Below the pieces are notes generated by a model. It was not told the DNA's origin. It was given only the letters and a program-made list of their open reading frames with translations, and did not search any database. A stretch of DNA of 32,965 nt. Source: Thraustochytrium aureum. Its lineage: Eukaryota. How positions within the stretch are numbered: position 1 is the stretch's first letter; each line of letters starts with the position of its first letter. Of this stretch, positions 1 through 10,800 are shown piece after piece. A program made the position numbers and the translations under genes. The stretch is from assembly GCA_012862495.1 (NCBI GenBank), contig BLSG01000190.1, forward strand, positions 2,061 to 35,025, given 5' to 3'.

Positions 1-784
1 CAAAATGACTCTCTACGCGGCGGGCCGGGAGAAAGGCTCGCAGTGGACCAAGCGCATTGCCGTTCCCAGACCCAACCCGTTCTTGGCGGCCGTCTTGGAC
101 CGGCGCCGCCAAGTCGCGATCGCGAGGCCTGGCCAGCCGGCGCCACCCGGGCCGGAGACGGGGTTTGATCTGGAGCCCGCGTTGGATAACATTGTCGAGC
201 TGTGCTCGTCCGAGATCAGCGCGGGAACGCAGATCTTGCGCCTGAGCTTGCAGCTCGACTCTTTTGAGGGGGCCCCCATCCCTGGGTCGTGGGAGCAGAT
301 GCAACTGCCTCGCAAGACGGCGCAGCAGACCAAGTTTGCCAGCTTTTTCGCTTCCACAAGATCCGCCAGCGCCGGCGAGGGGCCCGAGCCCCGGGGAGTA
401 GCGAGCGAGGGCGCCGGGCAGAGCCAAGTGGACACGCTCAAGTCAGAGGGCGAGCGAGGAGCCCTCAAAACTGTCGCGGCTGATGCGAGGCAGTTGAGCT
501 GGGGCGGCAACGGCGGGGGGCGGCGCCACCTGGCCCCGTCAGCTGCTGCGTTGAGCAGCGCACTGCCTGCCCCACGGGGCCCAACAGCGCCGCTCCCGCT
601 TACTGCGAGTTGTGGCGAGCCAGGTGGCGTTGGTGCAGCGGCGCCAGCGCCGAGGCCGGGAAATGCCGCGCGCGCTGAGGCGGAGACGAAGGCCGCCGCC
701 ACGAATGCGTTCAACCGGATGCTTTTGAGCTCGATCGAGAAGGGCTCGTCGGCGCAAAAGTGGAAGCGAGCGCGGCGCAAGTAG
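1..784 (+). CDS. 3' part of a gene entering from the left edge; possibly the C-terminus (little-finger domain plus disordered tail) of a Y-family DNA polymerase
   Basis: Open frame from the window edge to TAG at 782-784. The strand-helix-strand pattern KMTLYAA...KRIAVP...LDNIVELCSSEI...ILRLSLQLDSF loosely recalls Pol iota/eta little-finger ends. It also has a PIP-box-like QTKFASFF (326-349) and a C-terminal basic NLS-like KWKRARRK. Weak similarity only. Confidence 0.35.
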   Translation, partial: KMTLYAAGREKGSQWTKRIAVPRPNPFLAAVLDRRRQVAIARPGQPAPPGPETGFDLEPALDNIVELCSSEISAGTQILRLSLQLDSFEGAPIPGSWEQMQLPRKTAQQTKFASFFASTRSASAGEGPEPRGVASEGAGQSQVDTLKSEGERGALKTVAADARQLSWGGNGGGRRHLAPSAAALSSALPAPRGPTAPLPLTASCGEPGGVGAAAPAPRPGNAARAEAETKAAATNAFNRMLLSSIEKGSSAQKWKRARRK

Positions 785-1049
785 AACCATCCCCAGCCCA
801 CTCCACTCGAGCAATCGATTATTATTATTTGAACAATTGAAAGCGCAGCAATCAGCGTGCAGCCCCACTTGCGCGGCGAGATGCCCCGGTTGGAGCTGCC
901 GAATGTTCGGCAGCGCCTCATCGCTGCACTTTCCGGGAGAAGCACCGCCCGCCTCTTTAGCGCGTATGTCGCGTTGAAACTCAGCAGCCGCATCGCCAAA
1001 GTACAAGGGTGGCAATCGGGCGGCCCGGCGCGCCGCTTCGATTCCGTTG

Positions 1050-1463
1050 CTACGAGCTGCCGAGCAAACGCCCTCGTCCGTGCATCTCCTCCTGTTCCTT
1101 CCTCCGCTGCCGCGTGAGCTCCTCCCGCTTCTCCCTCGCTCGCTGCGCCCTCTCCCTCGACATGACCTCAAGCGCAGCCTGCTGCTCCTCTCTGGCCCGC
1201 AGCCGCTCGGCATCGAGCTGGCGCTTGCGGCTCGCGTCGAGCTCGCCTTGGGCAGCGAGTCGCGCCTCCCAGGACTGCTGCTGCCGCCAGACCGCCAGCC
1301 TCTCCGCCAGGTCCACGCGGACGCATTGCGACAAGAGAAACACCAGCACGACGGCGGTCATCAAGTGCCACCAGTGCTCATGCAGCATGCGCCAAGCCAC
1401 GACGTCGAGCTCGGTCTGCAAGCTCAGGTCGCCGAGGTCGCCGCCTTCGTCGTCCCCGCCCAT
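1050..1463 (-). CDS. Small single-pass membrane protein, SelS/VIMP-like putative p97/Cdc48 adaptor (137 aa)
   Basis: ATG at 1463 (MGGDDEGG...), one hydrophobic segment (WWHLMTAVVLVFLLSQCV), then an R/E-rich coiled coil (RKRQLDAERLRAREEQQAAL...). Ends in an SHP-box-like HGRGRLLGS followed by TAG. Confidence 0.5.
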   Translation of the reverse strand: MGGDDEGGDLGDLSLQTELDVVAWRMLHEHWWHLMTAVVLVFLLSQCVRVDLAERLAVWRQQQSWEARLAAQGELDASRKRQLDAERLRAREEQQAALEVMSRERAQRAREKREELTRQRRKEQEEMHGRGRLLGSS

Positions 1464-2189
1464 CGCCGTGCGCGCAGGCCGCAGCACGCAGCAGCCGACT
1501 GGATCGAGCGCGTTCGCCGCCGAGCGCCGCCGATCGCCGCCGAGCGCCGCAGCGGCTGCGAGCTCGGTGGACAGGAGGGAATGGGCTCTGGCCGATCCTC
1601 GCCGCCCGATGCCGGCCATGGCCACCGCAATGGCCGGCAGATCCTCTCCGAGGTCGAGCGCGCGGAGCTCGAGCAGGCGCCGCGGAGCCGCGGCAGGTGG
1701 CTGCGCGACAGGGGGAGTACGCGCGTCGCAGCAGCATTTTTTTNNNNNNNNNNNNNNNNNNNNNNNNNNNNNNNNNNNNNNNNNNNNNNNNNNNNNNNNN
1801 NNNNNNNNNNNNNNNNNNNNNNNNNNNNNNNNNNNNNNNNNNNNNNNNNNNNNNNNNNNNNNNNNNNNNNNNNNNNNNNNNNNNNNNNNNNNNNNNNNNN
1901 NNNNNNNNNNNNNNNNNNNNNNNNNNNNNNNNNNNNNNNNNNNNNNNNNNNNNNNNNNNNNNNNNNNNNNNNNNNNNNNNNNNNNNNNNNNNNNNNNNNN
2001 NNNNNNNNNNNNNNNNNNNNNNNNNNNNNNNNNNNNNNNNNNNNNNNNNNNNNNNNNNNNNNNNNNNNNNNNNNNNNNNNNNNNNNNNNNNNNNNNNNNN
2101 NNNNNNNNNNNNNNNNNNNNNNNNNNNNNNNNNNNNNNNNNNNNNNNNNNNNNNNNNNNNNNNNNNNNNNNNNNNNNNNNNNNNNNNNN

Positions 2190-2766
2190 CCCAAGCCCGT
2201 ACAACTATCGCGGGTTTCCAAAGTCGCTGTGCACATCGGTGAACGAGGTCATGTGCCATGGGATCCCGGACGACCGCCCGCTCGAGGAGGGCGACATCGT
2301 CAACCTTGACGTGTCTTGCTTTTGGAAAGGGTTTCACGGGGACACGAGCAGGACGTTTCGCGTAGGCGAGGTGAGCCAGACCGCCGACCGGCTCTGCCAG
2401 GTGACTGAAAAGTGCCTCGCGGACTGCATCGCGCTGTGCGGGCCCGGCGTGCCGCTGAACGCGATTGGCGCGCTCGTCTCGTCCACGTGCGAGGCCAACG
2501 GGTACGAGACGAGCACGACCTTTTGCGGCCACGGTATTGGGCCGAGCTTTCACATGCTGCCGTACGTGCTGCACTTTACGAACGCGGACTCGCGGGAGAT
2601 GGTGCCTGGGCTGGTGTTCACGATAGAGCCCATCCTCTGCGAGGGGTCTCAAAAGCACGTCCTGTGGGACGACGGCTGGACCGTTGCCACTGCCGATGGG
2701 GGCTTGTCCGCGCAGTACGAGCACACGATCGTCATTACAGAAAGCGGAGCAGAGATCCTCACCTGA
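2190..2766 (+). CDS. METAP1D: Methionine aminopeptidase type I (probably organellar MetAP1D-like); 5' end lost in gap 1744-2189
   Basis: PSPYNYRGFPKSLCTSVNEVMCHGIPD signature. All five metal ligands are visible: NLDVS, HGDTS, GHGIG, TIEPI, QYEHT. Stop TGA at 2764-2766. Confidence 0.92.
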
Positions 2767-4137
2767 CGGCCTTGCGTGCGGGTCGCGCGCAGCGCGCCCA
2801 CCCATAGCCAGAGCTAGCTAGTAGATAGAGATCTGCAGGCAGGTTGCCAGACAGGCTTATTATCGCTTCGCTTTCTTGACCGTGCTCGCTTTCAACTGAT
2901 TGATGTGAAGCAAGTCGGCTGCGCTTGCCGCGGCTGCCCAGGCTCGCGCCGCGAGGCGCCCGCGGAATCTCGCCCATTTCCCACCGAAGGCGGTGTGTGC
3001 GTGTTTCCCTCTGCATCTAGGTGCGCGCTCGTTCCGCCCAACCCGCGGCAAGAAGGCAGGGAGCCGGCCCAAAACCACGCTCAGTACTCGCCGTTCCGCT
3101 ACTACGCCTTCCAGCTCATTCGTATCGACGTTCCCTACAAGACCGCGCGTATCCCCAGTTGAAAGCAGATCGGGCGCCGGCTCAATCACAGGCTCGTGTT
3201 CCGCACACCGCGATGCGTGACGATTACGCGGCCGAGCGCACACCCCCAAAACCAGTGCTCCAAACTGCTCAACGCAGCCGCGTTCACAACCGGGTCGCTC
3301 GCGCGTTTCAGCGCACTGCACTCCGCTCTCGCCACCGCGCCCTCACACCGGCCACACGAATCCCGCGCACCTGTGTTACTTGTGACAACGACTCTGCGAC
3401 CCTTCGTGACGAACTCACAAATCCCACACAACGTTGCGCGTTCTGACGTGAAACGTCACTCGAATCTCCCGCGAAACCCAACGGAACAAAGCGAGAGTGA
3501 GGGAACTCCGCGAGAGAGGTAGCACGTTGAAGTTCGCTCACGGAGCCACCGGCGAAACCTCATTCGCGCGCCAATCTGAGCTGCAATACTGCATCCCCTC
3601 ACATGAGTATGCGGAATCTCGGCCCTTTTCCGCCCGCCCTCACAAGGAGCTCTCCTCTCGGAGAAACAATCGCGCGAGGGAGGCACGAGGAGGTGGGCCA
3701 ACTACCTATTTACTAGTACTTGCGCACTCATGTCATGCGACCCGTACATACATACATACATGCAAGCATCCACCTTCCTTCCTTCCATCCACCCATCCCG
3801 GGCAGAGCGCGAACGTCCAGGCGCAGGCAGGCGGGCGGGCGGGCGCGCGCGCGTGGGGCTTGCTTGCGGCGGTCGCCAGCGCTCGCGCAGCGCCCGTGGT
3901 TGTTTGGTTTCGTGGATTTGGTGATTTCGGCGGGTTACCTAGTTGTTGCAGGGGCGCAAGGGTGCGCCGGGGCTGGGCTTGACGCCGGCCCACTCGCTCG
4001 AACCGCGCGGCGACGAGGCGCTGCGCGCGGACGTGCATGGTACTGGCAGGGCTGCTCCGCCTCGCGCTTCTTTGCTGCGTTTTTGGAAGGTCCTGGAGGC
4101 GGCGCGGCCGCCGAGGCCGACGCCCGCGTGCTAGACG

Positions 4138-6169
4138 ATGATGATGGTCAGCTTGCTCGCGTACATGAAGCGCATGCTGTCGCCGCGAGGTAGCAGGAGG
4201 CGCGGAGAAGCGAGCAAGAGCGGCGGGGAGAATGCGGGCGAGGGCGCTGGGCGAAACGGGGACAGGGCCGCCGGATGCGAGGCAGAAACCGCACAGCTCC
4301 TGGCCGCCCTCGACCAGGTCAGGCGCATGCACCCGGAGAACGAGCGCATGCTGGTCTGCGACGCCTCCTACAACGACGAGCACGTCTTCGTGCGCGACAT
4401 CCTTCTAGAAAAAGCGCAAGCACGCAAGAGGCCGACCGCGCGCTGGCTCGGGCAAGGGCCCTCGAACACCCGAACCTGGCCAAGGTGGTCCTGGCGAGGA
4501 GAGAAGGGCGCCGCGTCATCCTGCTCTCCGAGCGAGCGCCGGAGAGCATCAAGGACAAGATATTCAAATCCCGCAGCATCTCGTTCGAGGAGACACTCAC
4601 CAAAGTAGACGCTCTCGAGATCGCAATTGCTGTGTGTCGCGCAGGCGCCTACTTGCACGCCCAAGGCGTGTCGCAGCTCGGGCTCAAGCCTTCCTCGGTG
4701 CTCGTGTTCCAAGGCANNNNNNNNNNNNNNNNNNNNNNNNNNNNNNNNNNNNNNNNNNNNNNNNNNNNNNNNNNNNNNNNNNNNNNNNNNNNNNNNNNNN
4801 NNNNNNNNNNNNNNNNNNNNNNNNNNNNNNNNNNNNNNNNNNNNNNNNNNNNNNNNNNNNNNNNNNNNNNNNNNNNNNNNNNNNNNNNNNNNNNNNNNNN
4901 NNNNNNNNNNNNNNNNNNNNNNNNNNNNNNNNNNNNNNNNNNNNNNNNNNNNNNNNNNNNNNNNNNNNNNNNNNNNNNNNNNNNNNNNNNNNNNTGCGCT
5001 CGGGCGAGCAGGACATGATGTACCTTCAGCACCCGGAGTACCTCTCCATTGAGGCGCTGTCTGGCCGCGGGCCGCTCACTGCAAAGTCGGACATCTTTTC
5101 GTTCGGCATGCTGCTGTGGCAGCTCCTTCACCTCCGGCGCGCCTACACGGCCAACTGGGGCCCAATGCTGATCTTGCAAAACCTCCAGGCAGGCAATAGG
5201 CCACCGATCGACACCTCGATCGTCAGCATGGAGAGCCCCCTGCGGCGGGTCCTGCACATGTGCTGGGCCGGAGACCCTCGCGCGCGCCCTTCCTTCGCGG
5301 AGATTGAGCCGATGCTGGTGATCGCCAAGCAGCTGATTCTTGCAGCGGAGCCCGTGGCCTCCTTCGCTGGGGGCTCCTTGGACTTTGGACTGCCCGCCGA
5401 TGCAGCGCTTCACGAGCGTTGTCTAGGAGCCGGTCAGGTGTCGAGCGGGCCCGGCGACGGTGACGTGGCGTTGCGTTGCCGATCTGAGCGTGGGCACTCG
5501 CACGGCGCTCCCGATGTGTGCAACATGGACGACTTTTGCGACAAGGATCTCGAGGAACCTGCGCACGAGCGAAGTCCGCCGCCATCGCCGTATGCAGAGG
5601 TTGCGATCGCGGTGGTCGACAAGATTGGGCCGTTTGACGACGAGCCGGATCAACTCAACGTGCTCACAGAGGACTTGTTTGCGCAACAACCTGCGGGTTT
5701 CCACAGTTCTGGCCAGGGTGGGGCTTCTCCAAGGTCCACTTCGCCGACCTCGAAGAGTTCAGTGATGGCGCACGAGCTGTGCCAAGGCGAGCGCGTTTGC
5801 GTGTGGGACGCAGAGCGCAGAGACTACATCTTCGGGGTGGTCAAGCAGGTCGTGGTCGAGGCCGACCCGAACGCAGTTGGCTCTGCCTCCGGGTCGTTGG
5901 CGAAGGTGGCAAAGGTGGAAATTCTCCCGAGTGGCTCGGCGTACCACGGCGAGCGCCAAGCGGGAGCGGCGTCAGCTGCGGGCAGCCGCCGGCCGCCGCT
6001 ACCGCCAAAGCCAGCCAGACTGCGGGGTGATTCGACACCCGCGCCGACGCTATCCATGCTCGGCGGCGCCCCGAAACCGCTCTGGGTGGACGAGCACCAA
6101 CTGGTGCCGGTCCCTGCTCTGACTGACGACGGGGTTTCCACGGCAGGCCCGTTCACAGCGTCTGCATAG
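4138..6169 (+). CDS. TKL-like protein kinase-fold protein, likely a pseudokinase; 1-nt frameshift at 4409-4413 and internal gap 4717-4994
   Basis: Subdomains seen across frames: VFVR (beta3), LEHPNLAKVV, YLHAQGVSQLGLKPSSVLV, YLSIE, KSDIFSFGMLLWQL, CWAGDPRARPSFAEI. The start codon is uncertain. Confidence 0.8.
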
Positions 6170-7843
6170 CGATTGACTTGTAGCTACAGAATTTGCTTTT
6201 GACTTCACCTTGGACGCTGTTCCGGCCCGATGGCTCGTCAGACGTTGGCGGGGACTTTTGCTTCCGCAACCGCAACAACCACTACTGAATGCCGTGGAAG
6301 ATCCATGGTGTCGAGTTATTCTACTCTACGAAGAAGAAGACTGTGAGGACTACGCGATTACTGTTGATAAGCGAGCGCACTCGCCGTCTTCTGACCACTG
6401 TTTGGCGCAAAACTCCGACTCGGCGGCGATATCGCTCCTTTCCTCGCGGCTCTGCTTGGCAAAGCAACTCCTCAACCGCTCCGACCCAGGTGCAGGCGAT
6501 GTTGAGGCGGTCTGACTTCCACTGTGGCACAAGGTGGACGAGCAAAAGCAGGAGAGGCGAATCTCATCGCTCTGCTTTCCACACCATCGCAGTGATCGGG
6601 CGGCTCCTGCTTTGCGGCCGGCGAGCTGTTGGAAAACCGCAACGCCTTGGACGCACTCGTTGAACTACCACAATACGTGCGAGGTTGGCCGTTGAAATTC
6701 CGGGCAGTTCCAGATTTGCCCCATGAGAGCGTTCAACTCGACGTCGAGTTGCCGTCCGTTTGCAGCCGCCGCGCCTGCTTGCTCACANNNNNNNNNNNNN
6801 NNNNNNNNNNNNNNNNNNNNNNNNNNNNNNNNNNNNNNNNNNNNNNNNNNNNNNNNNNNNNNNNNNNNNNNNNNNNNNNNNNNNNNNNNNNNNNNNNNNN
6901 NNNNNNNNNNNNNNNNNNNNNNNNNNNNNNNNNNNNNNNNNNNNNNNNNNNNNNNNNNNNNNNNNNNNNNNNNNNNNNNNNNNNNNNNNNNNNNNNNNNN
7001 NNNNNNNNACGAATTCCAGCACTGACAGGCTTCGTTCTGAAGGCTTCCGTCTGCTCGAGTAGCACGTGTCCGTTGGGACAGGCCGCGCGAGCGCGTCGCT
7101 CCGCCTATTTCCTGGCCGTTTTCTGCTCGACTGGGTTGTACAGAGGATGAGCCTTTGTGGTGAACAGCGATAGAGACAGTCTGTCCCTCCTGCGCGGTCT
7201 ACCTGTTTCGCTGTAAGGTGCACGGTGAGGAAGCCTCACAATTCGACGATGCCAGTCGGCGAGCTGAATGGAGATCAATGGCGCGCTCTGGGCGAGCAGA
7301 CAAGCAGTTGCTGTTACTCCCTGCGCATCGCGCGATCACACGCTCGAGAGGAGGAGTCCTCGTTTTCTGTACGATTAGGCCGTCCTCTGTTCCGTGGCAA
7401 ACAGCGCCTCCGACGGTCGCAAGATCGACGACTTTCCCAGCTTTATTGTGAGATAAAATGTCGTTGGACGCCTGGAAGCAATTCTCAACGGCAACCTGCC
7501 CGAGCGAGACAGAGAAGATCCTCCATTCGTAAGCAGGCCGCGTCAGCTTGCTTTGCAGGTGACTGGCCTGGCACCGAAACGGAACCACGGGCGCTTCATT
7601 AATCTCCAACTGGCCAAACCCCATCTCTGCAGCTCAATCGTCTCTTTCGCTCTTCCCCAAATTGGAGTAGGAGAGCGGCGTGGCGGCGAGCGCTGATCTG
7701 CTTTCACTTCGAACTCATTTCAGAAACCAAGGCAGACCCGCAACGCTCAGGCCGCCAAGCGCGTAGCAAAACAGCAGTCGAGAAGAGACGCACGCGCGAC
7801 AGAGAAGAGTCCATTTTGCCATCCTGAAAGCTCCCCACGCGCC

Positions 7844-10800
7844 ATGAAGCACTCTACAGCCCTGCTTTTAGGGCTGGCCGCAAACCTCGCCTCGCAGGCA
7901 TGCGCCGCGACACAAAACTTTCTTCTCCTAAGCAGCTGCCCGAGCGAGCTTCTCGACAAAGGATACAATGAGATGGCCTACACAGCCTTGCAGACGATGA
8001 AAGCGGAGAACTTGGACATCGCATTCGATTTCCTGCAATGCATCACGCTTGACGAGCTCAAGGCCCAAATCACCCAACAAAACACCCACCATGTGATCAT
8101 GCTGGGCTTTGACCCTATCGGGGCATTTTCTTCCGCAGCCGATGAGCTTCCCAACGTCAAGTTCTCGGGGATCGACGACATCCCTTCCAATATCGCTGGC
8201 TCGAGCAACGTGCAGGCGGCCATGTATGCTGAAGACGCCGGCTCCTTTGCGATTGGGGCGATGGCCGGACTTCAAACGAGAACCAAGTCCGTGGCCGGCA
8301 TCTTTGGTGTCCCCTTCCCAGGGCTCAAGCGGTTTAGGAACGGGTTTCTCAACGGTGCCAAGTACACCTGCCCGACCTGCGTGGTTCACAGTCAATACCT
8401 GTGGTCATTCGGTGATCTGCCAGCAGGCGCGCGCTCGGCCAGCTACTTTGTTGACGAGCTCGACGCAGACGTCATCTATACGGCTGCGGGCGGTACCGGG
8501 GTTGGCGCTCTCCTCGATGCAGCAGGCAAGGGCAAGTTTGTCCTTGGTGTGGACACCGATCAATTTTTCACGGTCTTTGGCGGGATGAACCAGACCACGG
8601 GAGGCCCCGTCAGCGAAGTGGGTGATCGCATCTTCTCGTCGATGCTCAAGCGAGTCGACACCACGGTGCGCCGCATCGTGACGGATCACCTCGACGGCAA
8701 GTTCAACGGAGGCTCGATTCTCCTCATGGACTACTCGAACGGCGGTGTCGGCACCGCGCCCTGCCACGCTGCATGCGACCTTCTTGAGCCGGGGCTTGAA
8801 GCGCAGATCGAGTCAATCGAGTCGCGCATCGGGAGCGGCGCGCTGGCCACCAACGTCGACAGTGTGACTGGGAAACATCTACTCGGCAAGTTTTTCGATG
8901 CTGCGTTGCCGGGAAATGCGTGGACCCCCGTTTACACGTTTGGAGCACAGCCCATCGCAACGCAAGGCGCTGCCGGAGACTTTTTGACACTTTGGGGCGA
9001 CCGGGTCTTCTTCATGTTTGGCGGTGTCTCTGATCCCTCCAGTCTCTGGAGCTTTAACGTGGGCAGCATGTCGTGGCAAAGGCATGAAACGGGAAATGGT
9101 CTGCTCGGGAGCGGGTACAACCTCACCAGCGGCGACAGCGGTGCGCTTCCCGAGGGTCGCTCGGCCGCTAGCCTGACTGCAATTGGCGGCAACAGCCGCC
9201 TTGTTTTGTTTGGCGGCATTTCCGGGACGACGCGGTTCGGCGACGTGTGGACATTGTCACCACAAGAGAGTTTCGTCTTCCCGCACGAGCGCTGGGCCCG
9301 TCTGAATCCGACAGTTGAAGGAGGAGGCCAACCTCCAATGCAACGCGAGGGCCACGCAGCGGCGGCTGGAGCCTATGACGAGGTTTCGGGCGTCTCGAAG
9401 ATGTACGTATTTGGGGGCCGCGGAAGCGAGGGCACGTTGCTGCATGACCTTTGGGAGCTCGAGATCCAGCCCGCGCCAAGCACTGAGGGGGCTTCGCCTG
9501 CCAAGTGGAAGCAGCTCTGCGGGGCCTGCCAACCTGTTGCGCGGCGCGACCACACGCTGACCTTTGTCAACGGCAAGCTCTTTCTCCTTGGAGGAGAGGC
9601 CGCGGACAAGACGTCGCTGGCCGACATGTGGATGTTTGATGTCGCCTCCGCAACATGGGAGCAAGGCCCGGCGATGGAAGAGGCGCGCAAACTGCACTCG
9701 GCAAACGTGATGAACATCAAGCCGCCCAGCGCGGAGCTTCAGCCGGCCTTGGCCGTGTTTGGCGGCAGCATTCGTGACGGGGCCACCAAGAAAGAAAAGC
9801 TCGCTGTCGCGTACTATTTGCTGGACCAGGGCCTGTGGACATCCGTTAGCTCGTACGAGCCGGCGGAGGACGCTTGCTCGTCTGCCGAAGGGGGTGCTGT
9901 TTCTTTCGGGAAGGCCAGCGCGCCGGTCGCGCGGTCCGGTCATCTCGCTTTCAAGATGGACGCGTTCTCAGCGAACGGGACCGACAAGCTGGTCGTCTTT
10001 ACGGGCGTGGGCGTTCTGGGAGAGTCTCGCCTGCTCTTGGACGTGCACGTGTTCCACCCGAGTGAGAACGACGTGATCGAGGACAAGCTGTACGATCCTG
10101 CCATTCGCGGCTTTGCGCTATCACTCAGCGCGATCTGCGCGATCTTTGCTGCGGGGCTCCTCCTCTTCGCTGTTGTCTTTCAGAGCCATCATATCATCAA
10201 GGCTTCACAGGTCAAGTTCCTGGGGTTGATTGCAGTCGGGGGCATCTTGAGCGCGTTGTCCATCATCCCAATGACGTTGGACGACGAAGACGACGAGGCG
10301 GGACTCGCTCGCCGAGGCGAGTACGGTCCCGCCAACGCGGCGTGCATGGCACAGATCTGGCTTTTCACGGGAGGCTTTTGCCTGATGTTTGGGCCGGCCT
10401 TCGCCAAGATGCATCGGGTGCTTCGCGTGTTTTCGGCGGGCCGCACTCTGAAGCGGGTGCGAATCTCCAACGCGCAGCTCTTCGCTGTCGTCCTTGGCCT
10501 GCTGGGCGTGGACTGGGCCATCGTGGCGGTTTGGCAGGTGATGAGTCCGCTCAAGTACGTGCGGAGTGTGACTGTGGTGGACTCTTTCGGGAACGCGTTG
10601 CAAAGCGCCGGCACGTGCAGCTCCGACAACTCGTCGCCATTTCTGTGGACGATCTTCATGCTTCACCTGATTGTGCTGCTTGTCGGTAACTACATTTGCT
10701 ACAAGGCCCGGGACTTGTCTTCGCACTTCAGCGAAGGCAAGTTTCTGCAGTTTGCGCTCATCAGCCAGTTCGAGCTTCTCGCCATCGCGACGCCTGTGCT

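Noticed and set aside
13..999. 328-aa minus-strand ORF
   Set aside because: Antisense shadow of the + strand gene in GC-rich DNA.
1050..1052. Selenocysteine read-through in the SelS-like gene
   Set aside because: The stop is TAG, not TGA, and I could not identify a SECIS.
2800..3950. Short ORFs and (ATAC)n/(CCTT)n runs between MetAP and the kinase
   Set aside because: No recognisable motifs; consistent with intergenic or UTR/intron sequence.
4409..4413. Programmed -1 ribosomal frameshift
   Set aside because: Not a canonical X XXY YYZ heptamer, and similar homopolymer indels occur throughout the window.
7916..8850. Bacterial contamination or recent HGT suggested by the BMP domain
   Set aside because: It is fused in frame to a eukaryotic 7TM, has similar composition to neighbouring genes, and BMP-GPCRs are known in other eukaryotes.
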